The notes: generated by a model not told the origin, from the letters alone. DNA of 64,000 nt from an uncultured cyanobacterium (GCA_963749915.1 CAVVOP010000027.1:32001-96000), one strand, 5' to 3'. Shown: positions 40,930 to 52,945, counted from the stretch's first letter. Program-made: numbers and translations.

Positions 40930-42084
40930 TTAATAAAGCTCATATTTTAACAAAGTGCAAGAAATACCACCGTTATTAATAGGAATACGGCGAGAGGTGC
41001 GTAAACCGACTTTTTTACCTAACTCCTTATTCCCTGTTAAAATATAGGCTGTCCAACCTTTAAAACGTTGCTTAAATACATCCCCCAACAGTTTATATAA
41101 GGGAAATAGGGCTTCAACATCAGAAATACGTTTACCATAAGGCGGATTACAAATGAGAATACCTGAGTCAGCGGGGGCGGTAATATCTACTAAATGCCGT
41201 TGATAAAACTGGACTTGATCTGCAATTTCACAGGCTTTGGCATTACTTTTGGCTTGGATAATAACATCAACGTCCGCATCCGTACCAATGAGAAGGGGTA
41301 AATGTTCTTTTTGGCTACTTTTGGCTTCTTTTAATAAAGAAGCCCATAATTGGGCATCATAATCTGTCCAATTTTGAAAACAGAATTTTTTACGATAGAT
41401 ACCGGGGGCTATATTTAACCCCATCAAAGCGGCTTCTAGGATAATTGTACCCGAACCGCACAAGGGATCGATAAGGGCTTGATCTGGTGTCCATCCTGTT
41501 ATATATAATAAGGCAGCGGCTAAAGTTTCTTTTAGAGGCGCTAATCCCATCGCCGAACGATAACCACGACGGTGAAGGCTATCTCCTGTACTATCAAGGC
41601 TTAAAATGCAGTTATTTTCGTGAATATGGGCGTTTATGGCTATATCTGGCTCAACGGTATCAACATCTGATCGTACTCCTTGCTGTTGCTGTTGTTGTTC
41701 AACGATGGCATTTTTAATTTGAATAGCGGTGACGTGACTATTATTTAGTTGGGGATTTTTGCCCGTGCAACGTACTGCTATAGTCTGATCTGGTTGTAGA
41801 TATTCCGACCAATCAATAGCTCTCACATTGCGATATAATTCCTCTGGGTTATAGCTTCTAACGGTGTGAATTGGTTTTAATACTCGAAAAATCGTTCTTG
41901 CCCATAAGTTTAACTTATACAATAAAGCTCGATCGCCTTCAAAATATACACCAGTAAACTCTGGTCTTACAGCCTTCGCACCCAATTCAGTTAATTCTTG
42001 GGCGGCGATGTCTTCTAAGCCTCTAGCAGTGGTGGCGAAATAAGATAAACTCACAATAAACCATAAACAAATAACAGCTAACAA
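40930..42084 (-). CDS. THUMP-domain RNA methyltransferase (RlmL-like)
   Basis: YFATTARGLE, SLHRRGYR, APLKETLAAA, DPLCGSGT, NPPYG; true start probably slightly downstream. Confidence 0.88.
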   Translation of the reverse strand: MLAVICLWFIVSLSYFATTARGLEDIAAQELTELGAKAVRPEFTGVYFEGDRALLYKLNLWARTIFRVLKPIHTVRSYNPEELYRNVRAIDWSEYLQPDQTIAVRCTGKNPQLNNSHVTAIQIKNAIVEQQQQQQGVRSDVDTVEPDIAINAHIHENNCILSLDSTGDSLHRRGYRSAMGLAPLKETLAAALLYITGWTPDQALIDPLCGSGTIILEAALMGLNIAPGIYRKKFCFQNWTDYDAQLWASLLKEAKSSQKEHLPLLIGTDADVDVIIQAKSNAKACEIADQVQFYQRHLVDITAPADSGILICNPPYGKRISDVEALFPLYKLLGDVFKQRFKGWTAYILTGNKELGKKVGLRTSRRIPINNGGISCTLLKYELY

Positions 42085-42250
42085 TATATCACAAATAGAA
42101 ATTACTTAATAAGGCCCCCTATCCCACAAGTATAGGTTTTTTATCTAAAAGTTCGCCCTGGGATGAGACAAGGCAGACAAGGGGGGAAAGTGGACAAGGA
42201 GAAAAAGAAAAAAGAACCATTAAAACTCGTGAGGATTTAGTCATCTATTA

Positions 42251-42796
42251 ATGTTAAAAAGAATTGATATAAGTTGGAAAAATAACTTTTGGTTAAGAAG
42301 TTTAACTATTATTTTTTCCCTCATTGTTTGTTGTTTATTTTTATTGTTAAGAATACCCGGATTAGAATTAATTGGTATAACTCCTAATTGGTTATTAATT
42401 TGGTTAGTGGTCTGGAGTGTCAAAAGAAATTTATGGCAGAGTATTGTTGCAGGGATTTGTTTAGGTTTAATTTGGGATAGTTTAACGGGATTTTTTCCTT
42501 CTCACATTTTAGGTTTAATAATAGTTACTTTATTTACCAGCAATGTTTATCAAGATAAATATGTCAAAGAAGATGTAATTTCTCTCACTTTAATTGTTTT
42601 TGGAATGGCGATTATTAACGAAACAATTATTGCTTTACAGTACAGCATTCAGACTCAAATACCTTTAATTGATATATGGTTAAATTATCAAAAAAACTCT
42701 CTAAGTTCTGCCATTATTAGTAGTTTATGGACACCTTTAATCTATTATCCCCTTGATTATATTCTTAGTCCTTTACCCCATGAAAGAAATCGCTAA
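42251..42796 (+). CDS. mreD: Rod shape-determining protein MreD
   Basis: RIPGLELIGITPNWLLIWLVVWSVKR, GLIWDSLT...PSH, LSSAIISSLWTP; hydrophobic, resembles cyanobacterial MreD. Confidence 0.75.
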   Translation: MLKRIDISWKNNFWLRSLTIIFSLIVCCLFLLLRIPGLELIGITPNWLLIWLVVWSVKRNLWQSIVAGICLGLIWDSLTGFFPSHILGLIIVTLFTSNVYQDKYVKEDVISLTLIVFGMAIINETIIALQYSIQTQIPLIDIWLNYQKNSLSSAIISSLWTPLIYYPLDYILSPLPHERNR

Positions 42797-42860
42797 GAAC
42801 GCAAAGAAGCAATAAAATTTAATTCTACCCTTCTAAGGGTTTTTCCCACCCTACTATAAT

Positions 42861-43565
42861 TTAGGCTTTGCCATAGACGGGAATACTTGCCCCCCGAATA
42901 TCCTTAGCGGATTCAGAAGCTAAAAAACAAATAACCTTCGCTAATGATTCAGGAGTAACCCAACTCCATGCCGAATCACTGCCCATTGCCTGACGATTTT
43001 TTGGGGTGTCAATAACACTAGGTAAAACCGTATTAGCTGTAATATTTAAGTCTTTTTGTTTAGTTTCTTCGGCGATCGTACTCATTAAATTACAAACCCC
43101 CGCTTTAGCGGCACCATAAGCCGCTAATCTCCCTGCCGGTTGTAATGCCGCCCTGGAACTTACTGCTACCATACGTCCGTAACCGGTCTCTTTCATCCTG
43201 CGGAGACAATATTTGGCAAGGAAAAAGGTTGTATTAAGATTTAAGTCGAGCATTTTTTGCCAGTCAGCAAAACTATATTCATCGGTTTTTCCCATATCGA
43301 AACCCCCGACAAGGTGAATTAAAACATCTATTTGCGGCATTTGTGCCGTGAGAGATTGAACTTCACTTTCTATCTGTAAGTTACAAGATACAAAATTTAA
43401 ACGGGAAATAAACTCATTGGATAAACGCATTCTCAATTCTGATAAAGCATCTTCAGAACGATAGGGAATAGTAACGCTCCTTGTACCACTCCGAAGTACC
43501 GCTTGAGTTACGGCAACACCCAAACCCCCTGTGCCACCAGTAATTAAAACAAATTTATCTTGCAT
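42861..43565 (-). CDS. Short-chain dehydrogenase/reductase (FabG-like)
   Basis: TGGTGGLG, YGAAK catalytic motif, PSVIDT. Confidence 0.9.
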   Translation of the reverse strand: MQDKFVLITGGTGGLGVAVTQAVLRSGTRSVTIPYRSEDALSELRMRLSNEFISRLNFVSCNLQIESEVQSLTAQMPQIDVLIHLVGGFDMGKTDEYSFADWQKMLDLNLNTTFFLAKYCLRRMKETGYGRMVAVSSRAALQPAGRLAAYGAAKAGVCNLMSTIAEETKQKDLNITANTVLPSVIDTPKNRQAMGSDSAWSWVTPESLAKVICFLASESAKDIRGASIPVYGKA

Positions 43566-43843
43566 AATGAAAAACTATCCTAATTGTCCATAATTGCACT
43601 GACTTTTAACAGTTTAACAGGTGGAGGAATCTATCCTCAAAATCTACCTACATATTTATTCCTTTATGGTTAAAGGAAATGCCAATTTTTCACTAAGAGT
43701 ATATTTGAACTATGGAAAGTAGATTAAATTTTTACAGCAAAAATCACTCAATTTATTTTTTTTATTGTATATTTAGGGAAAGTCATGATTTAGAGTAATC
43801 TAATCTGGATTAATATTAGCCATTTAGGAAAGGAACAGAGATT

Positions 43844-45052
43844 ATGTCAAAGTTTTATTTTCAATCTTTAGAGGGTGATTCGTCGGTTTTGTCAATTTCT
43901 CCTTCTTCTGATCCTCCCCATTCCCCGCCGACTCTAAATTTTCCTTCACCACATTCTCAAAACAATCAAAACATCAATTCTCGTGATTTAATGCGCCTGT
44001 ATCTTCGTGATATTGGGCGTATTCCTTTATTAAGCAAGGAAGAAGAAATTACCCTCGCTAGACAAGTGCAAACGGCACAATCTCTTCGTGAAATTAAGAT
44101 CCAAAATGATTCTATTCCTGTTATTAGGGAATACATTAGAGTTATGTCAACCTATGACTCCTTAGCAGGTCATCATTCTCAACCGCCGACACTAGAAAAG
44201 TTAGGAGAAAAGTTAAATCTTTCCCCCATTAAGTTACAAAAAATTCTTGTACAAGGGAAGCAAAAATGGGCTAGTTTGGCTAATTTATCGGTGGAGGAGT
44301 TAGATAAAACTCTCGCTTTGGGGGTAAAGGCTAAACAAAAGATGATTAATGCTAATTTGCGTTTAGTGGTTTCTATTGCTAAAAAGTATCAAAATCGGGG
44401 TTTAGAGTTATTAGATTTAATTCAAGAAGGCACTTTAGGCTTAGAAAAAGCCGTGGAAAAATTCGATTATACTAAGGGTTATCATTTTAGTACTTATTCT
44501 TACTGGTGGATTCGTCAAGGTATGACTAGGGCGATCGCCACTCAGGGACGTACAATTAGAATACCAATTCATATCACAGAGAAATTAAATCTACTCAAAA
44601 AAGTTCAGAGGCAACTGTCTCAAATATTAGGACGCACGGCAACAGTGGACGAGATTGCTGAGAAAATGGAGATGACTCCCCCACAACTGCGACAGTTTTT
44701 GAATCAAATTCCTCGCTCAATTTCTCTAGAGATGAGGGTGGGGGAAGATTATAATACTGAGTTGGTAGAGTTAATTGAAACTCAATCGGCCACCCCTGAA
44801 GAAAACTTAATGCGACTGTCAATGCAACAGGATTTACACTCGATGATGGCGAGTTTAAAAGAAAGAGAGCGAAAAATTCTGAGATTGCGTTTTGGTTTTG
44901 AAAATGGCAAGATTTACTCTCTTAGTGATACAGCGCTGATGATGAATTTATCACGGGAAAGAGTAAGACAAATTCAGGCTAAGGCAATTCAAAAGTTACA
45001 GCAACCCCATCAGAAAAAACAGTTACGAGATTATTTAGAAATTATCGGCTAA
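43844..45052 (+). CDS. Group-2 sigma70 factor, SigC-like
   Basis: [58 protein letters not shown]. Confidence 0.9.
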   Translation: MSKFYFQSLEGDSSVLSISPSSDPPHSPPTLNFPSPHSQNNQNINSRDLMRLYLRDIGRIPLLSKEEEITLARQVQTAQSLREIKIQNDSIPVIREYIRVMSTYDSLAGHHSQPPTLEKLGEKLNLSPIKLQKILVQGKQKWASLANLSVEELDKTLALGVKAKQKMINANLRLVVSIAKKYQNRGLELLDLIQEGTLGLEKAVEKFDYTKGYHFSTYSYWWIRQGMTRAIATQGRTIRIPIHITEKLNLLKKVQRQLSQILGRTATVDEIAEKMEMTPPQLRQFLNQIPRSISLEMRVGEDYNTELVELIETQSATPEENLMRLSMQQDLHSMMASLKERERKILRLRFGFENGKIYSLSDTALMMNLSRERVRQIQAKAIQKLQQPHQKKQLRDYLEIIG

Positions 45053-45490
45053 ATGACTAATTATCGTAATCCTGATCCCACTGTTGATATTATCATTGAA
45101 TTGATTGATCGCCCCCATCGTCCCATTATTTTAATTGAGCGTAAAAATGAGCCTTTGGGATGGGCAATTCCGGGAGGTTTTGTGGATTATGGGGAATCGG
45201 TGGAAAATGCGGCCATCAGAGAAGCCTTAGAAGAAGTAAGCTTAAATATTAACCTCATTGAGCAATTTTATGTATATTCGAGCCCACAACGAGATTTCAG
45301 AAAGCATACCATGACTGTTGTATTCATTGCAGAGGCGTTAGGACAACCCCAAGCGGCTGATGATGCTGTTAATTTGGGTGTTTTTCCTACTTGGGAAATT
45401 CCCCAAAGTCTTTGTTTCGATCATGATTTAATCCTACAAGATTATCAGCGTTATCGTTATCATAATCTGCGCCCTCCTATTAGATTTTAA
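45053..45490 (+). CDS. NUDIX hydrolase
   Basis: [22 protein letters not shown]udix box; AADDA, FDH. Confidence 0.92.
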   Translation: MTNYRNPDPTVDIIIELIDRPHRPIILIERKNEPLGWAIPGGFVDYGESVENAAIREALEEVSLNINLIEQFYVYSSPQRDFRKHTMTVVFIAEALGQPQAADDAVNLGVFPTWEIPQSLCFDHDLILQDYQRYRYHNLRPPIRF

Positions 45491-45534
45491 GCATTACTTT
45501 CTGCCAATCTTAAATTTTAATTACATTAACTACT

Positions 45535-46308
45535 ATGCACTTAACCATCGGTTGGCTTTATCCTAAATTAATGAGTACCTACGGCGATCGAGGTAATGTT
45601 ATCTGTTTAGAAAGAAGATGTCAATGGCGTAATTTAGATGTGTCTATTTTACCCTTGGATCAGGATACACATATAGAAACATTTTCAGCATTTGATGTTA
45701 TTGTCGGCGGTGGTGCGCAGGATAGACAACAAGAAATTGTCATGCGGGATTTACAGGGAGAAAAAGCCGAGATTCTGAAACAGAAAATAAAAGCAGGTAT
45801 TCCGGGAGTGTTTACCTGTGGTTCGCCGCAATTACTCGGTAAATATTATGAACCCGCTATGGGGCAAAAAATCGACGGTTTAGGGATTTTAGACTTAGTC
45901 ACCAAACATCCAGGGCAAAATGTACCCCGTTGCATCGGCAATGTTGCCTTTGAAATTGTCCCCCCTTCTTTGGCACAAGATTTACAAGCCATGTTGGGAG
46001 AACCTCCCATGGTCGTCGGTTTTGAAAATCACGGCGGGAGAACCTATTTAGGAGATGTGTCCCCCTTGGGTAAAGTGGTGAGTGGTTATGGGAATAACGG
46101 TGAGGATGGTTTTGAAGGTGCTTTCTATGAAAACGCCATCGCTACTTATGCTCATGGTCCTCTTTTACCAAAAAATCCTTTTTTGGCAGATTGGTTAATT
46201 ATGAAGGCGATCGAACAAAAGTACCATGAAAAAGTTACTTTAACCCTATTAGATGACACCTTAGCCAACCAAGGACGTAAGGCAATGTTAAAAAGGATTT
46301 TAGCCTAA
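45535..46308 (+). CDS. CobQ/GatD-like type 1 glutamine amidotransferase
   Basis: LYPKLMSTYGDRGN, GGGAQD, CGSPQLLG, GFENHGGRT, TYAHGPLLPKNP. Confidence 0.88.
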   Translation: MHLTIGWLYPKLMSTYGDRGNVICLERRCQWRNLDVSILPLDQDTHIETFSAFDVIVGGGAQDRQQEIVMRDLQGEKAEILKQKIKAGIPGVFTCGSPQLLGKYYEPAMGQKIDGLGILDLVTKHPGQNVPRCIGNVAFEIVPPSLAQDLQAMLGEPPMVVGFENHGGRTYLGDVSPLGKVVSGYGNNGEDGFEGAFYENAIATYAHGPLLPKNPFLADWLIMKAIEQKYHEKVTLTLLDDTLANQGRKAMLKRILA

Positions 46309-46323
46309 TAGATTTTACATTTA

Positions 46324-46405
46324 TGGGCAGAGCGAGACTCGAACTCGCATGACCGAAGCCGCCACATTTTGAGTGTGGTGCGTCTACCAATTTCGCCATC
46401 CGCCC
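46324..46405 (-). tRNA. tRNA-Leu (CAA)
   Basis: Reverse complement GGGCGGATGGCGAAATTGGTAGACGCACCACACTCAAAATGTGGCGGCTTCGGTCATGCGAGTTCGAGTCTCGCTCTGCCCA; CAA anticodon, long variable arm. Confidence 0.95.
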
Positions 46406-47250
46406 GGATAATCGCCCTCACAATTATAACCTATTCTTTCTTTTTGGATCAACTGATAATAGTTGGGAGATTTTGACCAATTTTCGATTTCCTTCGCTCG
46501 AAGAATAGGTACAGGGTGGGTTAATTGTGCCGTTTGCATCTCCTGTAACATTTTCCCTGTGTCAGTATTGCTGAGCAGATTATATTCTTTTACCTGTTCC
46601 ATAAACGCCTCTAAATTTAACTGACTGGCGATACTAGGAGATCCTCCCGTTAATTTCATCAATAATGACATCACGACTTGAGGATCTTGTACTACCAATA
46701 AAGCCGAGCGATCGCAACTGAACTCAGCACAACGCACCCACTGTAATAACTGATTTTGTAAAGATTGAGCCACTAAAGTTCCCCAAGAAGGGATCAAACC
46801 TGCCGCTAACACCATGATATTAGCCAAGGAGAGATAAACCCCATGTTCGCATTTGAGATGCCCTAATTCGTGGGCGATGACCGCTTTAATTTCCTCAGGA
46901 GTGAGAATTTCCAATAAAGAAGTATGAATGACAATAAAGGGTTTTTTCCCTCGGATCGCTAAAGTATAAGCATTAGGAACCGGATTTTGTTGAATGTAAA
47001 GTTGCGGGGGTTCGAGATCTAATATTTCACAAGCCGACAATAGTAAGTTATGTAAATCCGGTAATTGTTTCTCACTGATGAGAATGCTAGAGGCGATATT
47101 GTGAAGATTCAAAAAATCTTCAGCCACCCCCCCCAAAATCCCTCTTATAGCTAAATCTAGGGCTGGAATTTGCTTTAATTGAGTCGTTGCCTTTAAATCA
47201 AGGGGGTGACGGAAATGATCTGCTTTCAATCCAATCAATTTAATAGTCAT
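46384..47250 (-). CDS. M48 family (HtpX/Ste24-like) zinc metallopeptidase
   Basis: PNAYT, AHELGH, AEFSCDR, THP; likely start MTIKLIGL at 47250; C-terminus GGWRNW overlaps the tRNA. Confidence 0.9.
   Translation of the reverse strand: MTIKLIGLKADHFRHPLDLKATTQLKQIPALDLAIRGILGGVAEDFLNLHNIASSILISEKQLPDLHNLLLSACEILDLEPPQLYIQQNPVPNAYTLAIRGKKPFIVIHTSLLEILTPEEIKAVIAHELGHLKCEHGVYLSLANIMVLAAGLIPSWGTLVAQSLQNQLLQWVRCAEFSCDRSALLVVQDPQVVMSLLMKLTGGSPSIASQLNLEAFMEQVKEYNLLSNTDTGKMLQEMQTAQLTHPVPILRAKEIENWSKSPNYYQLIQKERIGYNCEGDYPGGWRNW
46423..46452 (-). promoter_or_regulatory. Probable tRNA-Leu promoter embedded in the M48 CDS
   Basis: Minus strand TTGATC-N18-TATAAT ending 17 nt upstream of the tRNA 5' end. 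Confidence 0.6.
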
Positions 47251-47492
47251 AGTTGTAGCTGATAAATCTTGTTTTCCACATTTTAACAACAACCATCGTA
47301 AATGGAAGAAAAAGCCAGGAAAATAAAATTCATAATTCAATTTTTCTAATTAATATTTCATTCTAATCACTTTTATGTAATAATAGATAGTAAACACTTG
47401 TAAACTTTTTGCCAAGTTTTTGGCAGCATGGAGAAGTTTTATACTACTCTAGTATCACCTGATCTCTAAATAATTCAAAGGAACATAACATT

Positions 47493-47831
47493 ATGCGCGG
47501 AGTACACAGAACATCAACAACTCAAATGGAAGTGACCAGTATCCGTTTGGAAAAAACCCTCAAAGATAGTCTAAAAGCATTATCCGGCAGTCAGGGTTAT
47601 CAAACTTTAATCAGGGATATCCTCTGGAATTATGTGCAACAAAAATCTGGTGAATATCGCCCTAATTTTTCCAAAACTGATATTCGTGCCACTGTTCCCG
47701 CCACTGCTAGAAAAGATGAAAGTTGCGTGCTTAGTGGTAAATTAATTCCTGAAGATGATGAAATGCTTTTAGCTTTAACCATTCACGGTGACTTTGTGCC
47801 CGTTTCTCAAGAGGCTATCAAGGAAAAATAG
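47493..47831 (+). CDS. Conserved hypothetical protein with a ribbon-helix-helix-like N-terminus
   Basis: VTSIRLEKTLKDSLKAL...GYQTLIRDIL resembles the CopG/RHH pattern. Confidence 0.7.
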   Translation: MRGVHRTSTTQMEVTSIRLEKTLKDSLKALSGSQGYQTLIRDILWNYVQQKSGEYRPNFSKTDIRATVPATARKDESCVLSGKLIPEDDEMLLALTIHGDFVPVSQEAIKEK

Positions 47832-48015
47832 ATAGATTACCGCTATTCAATACCTTCGCCAAAATGAAAAAAGAAAATTGAGGTAGAGTCAAGACTCACC
47901 GTTCGCTCATTTTACAACTGAGTTGCTTGATAAAGAAGCTAAATAAGCCTCTTTACAGGGCTTTCAGCCATTTGAGAGGAGGCGAACGGGAAATTTCATC
48001 CGGTATTATGAAATA

Positions 48016-48044
48016 ACTTCAAAAAACAGACTGTTTTTTGAAGT
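48016..48044. repeat. Perfect 14-bp-arm palindrome
   Basis: ACTTCAAAAAACAG-A-CTGTTTTTTGAAGT. Confidence 0.8.
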
Positions 48045-48533
48045 GATGCCAAAGGCTCAGGGAAGCTGCACGCTGGGGTGTTTGTTGGACAGTGCTTTGG
48101 GAGATTTTCTTTGATCTTCATGAATAATCCAGGTTATAGTTCGGGTAAGCAAAAACTTGACCTTCCCTTGCTTGTCATTCCTGAACTAATTTATTCCTCA
48201 CAAAAACCATTGCTACTTTCCTACTGTATCCATCAGTAAGAAATAAAAGAACAGACCTCTTGCATTTTGGATTGACCCAAGGGAAGGTGCGATCGCATTT
48301 ACACCAAGTTTCTCTAAGCATAGTAGCACTAGAGCGAGATTGCAAGTTAAATGGGGGAAGGAAATTTCTCCTATATTCGATAATATACCTTCCCTTCAGA
48401 GCGATAAAAGAGGCTTTTGGGGTATTGTGCAAAAAAACCTTAAATGAGTCTTTTAGATCCCATAGTGGTCTAGTGGTCTGCATCTAAAATTTAAGCTAAA
48501 ATAGCCCTGTATCATGACTATCGTTATTCAACC

Positions 48534-49049
48534 ATGAAAAATCAAAAAATATCCCGTTTAATAATATCCTTTTGTTTATTTTCTTTACTAATTTTATCAT
48601 CCTGTACCAATCAACCACCTTCTCGTTTTGAACAGGCACAACAAGAAAGTACTGCTGCCGGAAATAAAAATACCGCCGTTGAGAAAAATGCAGTAAAAGG
48701 AGCAACTTTTAATCAATTTTTTCCTGTGAGTAGCGGTGATTATGAACGAGTTTTCACTCAAGAAAAATCTGGTTTTGTTCAAGCCAAATTGAAACAAAAT
48801 GGTCAAGATTTAGCAACTTTAGCTATTTTTGATACTATCAGCAATCCTTCTGCTAAAGAAGATTTTAAAGATGCCACCGATAAAATTAGTGGTTTTCCTG
48901 TAGTAGAAAAAGGATCTAATAACACTGCTGTTTTAGTAAGTGATCGCTATCAAGTAAGTGTAAAATCTGCTAATAGTAATTTTACTGCTGAACAAAGAAA
49001 AGAATGGTTAGGTAAATTCGATCTTGATAATCTTGCACAGTTAAAATAA
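48534..49049 (+). CDS. Putative lipoprotein
   Basis: Basic N-terminus, hydrophobic stretch, lipobox LSSC; PPSRFEQAQQES. Confidence 0.8.
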   Translation: MKNQKISRLIISFCLFSLLILSSCTNQPPSRFEQAQQESTAAGNKNTAVEKNAVKGATFNQFFPVSSGDYERVFTQEKSGFVQAKLKQNGQDLATLAIFDTISNPSAKEDFKDATDKISGFPVVEKGSNNTAVLVSDRYQVSVKSANSNFTAEQRKEWLGKFDLDNLAQLK

Positions 49050-49117
49050 TATTTAAAATAGCTTTTATTATTAATAATAAATAAGCCACAAAAATAAGTC
49101 ATAATTATTGAAAAAAA

Positions 49118-50005
49118 ATGAGCAAATCAATTTTTGAATTAGTCGATAACTTACCTAAAAGTAATATCACCACAATGGTGTTAAATGCCCTTGATTTTGT
49201 TGTGCCCGGACAGTGGCACAATGTGACTAACTTTGAACAAATGATTAGGGAAGTAACAGGAGAAACCGATGAGAAAATGATCCAAAAAATTGGCGATCGT
49301 GCGGTATGGTTATTTAACGATAAAACTCAAGGTTATCAAAACGCTTTATGGTTATATCAAACCGTTGACAAAGCTGATTATGCCTTAGGTGCGGCGGCAT
49401 TGGCTAATAAAGTGGGCTCAAAAATAGGCTTACTGGGTTTTCTTAATCGTTTAACCCCCAATAATGAAAAAGCCCAAGCCCTTGATTTAGCCATAAAATT
49501 AGTGGTGGAAGTAGTCGCGTTTTGTCAAATCAACGGTTTACCTGGTGACAGTATTGGTGATTTTGTAGCCGCCTTGAGGGAATATGAAGGGGACGCACTA
49601 GCACGCATGAATGCACTAATTTGCATTGATGGTTTAGTTCCTTTTGGGGCAGATTTTATCCTCAAAGTTGAATCTACTTTGAGCAATCTTTCCACTCGAG
49701 AATTAAATAATAATGCAGGATTTTCTGGCGTTAGTAAACTAATTCCCGGGAATAATCCCGCAGGGCAATTACAATTTATTAATAATAGTTTTCAGGCCGT
49801 AAAAGGTTGGATGATTGGCTTCGTTAGTAGTCATAATTTAACCCAAAATAATGTTTTAAAACATTTACATAGTTTTGTTGAATTTTCCGAAGATCAACTT
49901 GATTATGTAGCCGCTTTTCTTGATATGTCAACTAATTATTTTGAACATACAGGCACCCAATCCATCGCTAAAAGTCTTATTTCTAGAGCGATGGCAGAAG
50001 TTTGA
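49118..50005 (+). CDS. Conserved hypothetical protein
   Basis: 295-aa ORF with host-like codon usage, likely co-transcribed with the lipoprotein gene. Confidence 0.8.
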   Translation: MSKSIFELVDNLPKSNITTMVLNALDFVVPGQWHNVTNFEQMIREVTGETDEKMIQKIGDRAVWLFNDKTQGYQNALWLYQTVDKADYALGAAALANKVGSKIGLLGFLNRLTPNNEKAQALDLAIKLVVEVVAFCQINGLPGDSIGDFVAALREYEGDALARMNALICIDGLVPFGADFILKVESTLSNLSTRELNNNAGFSGVSKLIPGNNPAGQLQFINNSFQAVKGWMIGFVSSHNLTQNNVLKHLHSFVEFSEDQLDYVAAFLDMSTNYFEHTGTQSIAKSLISRAMAEV

Positions 50006-50019
50006 CAAGCCCTTCGGGC

Positions 50020-50063
50020 AAGGCAGTCCCCTTGAAAGTGCCAACTTTCAAGGGGACTGCCTT
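50020..50063. terminator. Perfect 20-bp hairpin between convergent genes
   Basis: AAGGCAGTCCCCTTGAAAGT-GCCA-ACTTTCAAGGGGACTGCCTT. Confidence 0.7.
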
Positions 50064-50103
50064 CTTCAAAAATTTAGGGGCTTTTATTAAAAATAATTAA
50101 AAT

Positions 50104-51513
<1,410 letters not shown>

Positions 51514-51634
51514 TTAAAGTTTACTCCTTGTTATTTGTTAATGTTAATAAAATTATTTTAATGTGGGCGTTGTTCACCCCATATAAGTCAAGATCTAAGC
51601 AACTATTCACCATCAACTCTTCACTATTCACTAA

Positions 51635-52507
51635 CTAAACCATCATCAGATCTAATTCGTCTTTTTCTTGTTTAGGTGCATCCGTGGGAGGATTGAGGTA
51701 GTAATCAGAAAGTAAACCAAATAATTCACGGTCGAGGGCCTCACTAGGTACAACCCCTTCAGGTAAAGCTAAAATTTGATCTGCAATATTAAGGTAATAA
51801 TCACAAACATAATCTAAGGAAGGATCTTTTTCCGCCATTTCAAACAACGTTTTACCCTTAACCCGTGATACCCGTATATCTTCAATGAGGGGCAAAACTT
51901 CTAATACAGGCATAGCCACATGAGACACATATTTATCAATTAAATCCCGTTTTGAGGTGCGATTGCCGATTAAACCAGCCAATTTTAAAGGATGAGTGCG
52001 TGCTTTTTCCCTTACGGAAGCAGCAATGCGATTAGCGGCAAATAAGGCATCAAAACCGTTATCCGTAACGATTAAACAATAGTCAGCATAGTTGAGAGGG
52101 GCCGCAAATCCACCGCAGACCACGTCACCTAAGACATCAAACAAAATCACGTCATACTCATCAAAGGCGTTTAACTCTTTCAACAGTTTTACGGTTTCAC
52201 CAACTACATAGCCACCACAACCTGCCCCAGCTGGAGGTCCTCCTGCCTCGACACAATCAACACCAGCGTAACCTTTATAAATAACGTCTTCCGCCCAAAT
52301 ATCTTCATAGTGGAAATCTTTTTCTTGGAGAGTGTCGATAATGGTGGGAATCAAAAAACCTGTCAGGGTAAAAGTGCTGTCATGCTTGGGATCGCATCCA
52401 ATTTGTAATACTTTTTTACCTCGTTTTGCCAAAGCTGTGGAGATATTGCAACTAGTAGTTGATTTACCGATACCGCCTTTGCCGTAAACTGCTAATGTTA
52501 AAGTCAT
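51635..52507 (-). CDS. chlL: Dark-operative protochlorophyllide reductase Fe protein
   Basis: [37 protein letters not shown]. Confidence 0.98.
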   Translation of the reverse strand: MTLTLAVYGKGGIGKSTTSCNISTALAKRGKKVLQIGCDPKHDSTFTLTGFLIPTIIDTLQEKDFHYEDIWAEDVIYKGYAGVDCVEAGGPPAGAGCGGYVVGETVKLLKELNAFDEYDVILFDVLGDVVCGGFAAPLNYADYCLIVTDNGFDALFAANRIAASVREKARTHPLKLAGLIGNRTSKRDLIDKYVSHVAMPVLEVLPLIEDIRVSRVKGKTLFEMAEKDPSLDYVCDYYLNIADQILALPEGVVPSEALDRELFGLLSDYYLNPPTDAPKQEKDELDLMMV

Positions 52508-52945
52508 TTTCTGATAACTCCTGATTTATTTACACTGATCGCATTATTGACTAAATTTCGAGAAATGAAAAGGGTAGTTAGTTTTGGTTTGGGTACTAAA
52601 TAAAAGTTATTTTGAGTTTTAACTATTATTAGTTATTTAATTAAGTTTAATTTAGTTTAAAAATTGATTATTCTTGATTTTAAAGTTTTGTTGTTTTAAT
52701 TACTATAATTTTATACAAAAGCAAAAAATAATAAACAAATATTGATACATTTCTCAAAATTCTTATATTGTATGGGCTTTGAGGTTAATAAATTGCGATC
52801 GCCTCTGACCAATTATTCTGATAAAACAGTTAAAACGTTAGTAAAAAAGCAAAAAAAAAGGTAATTGTTAATAATTGCTACAATATGCCGTTTTCAAGAT
52901 AAAATAGGTATAAATACTTGGGAATAAGGATTTTCAACTATATGA

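Noticed and set aside
48175..48487. Overlapping 102-aa and 75-aa ORFs on opposite strands
   Set aside because: No recognisable motifs, and they include repeat-derived sequence.
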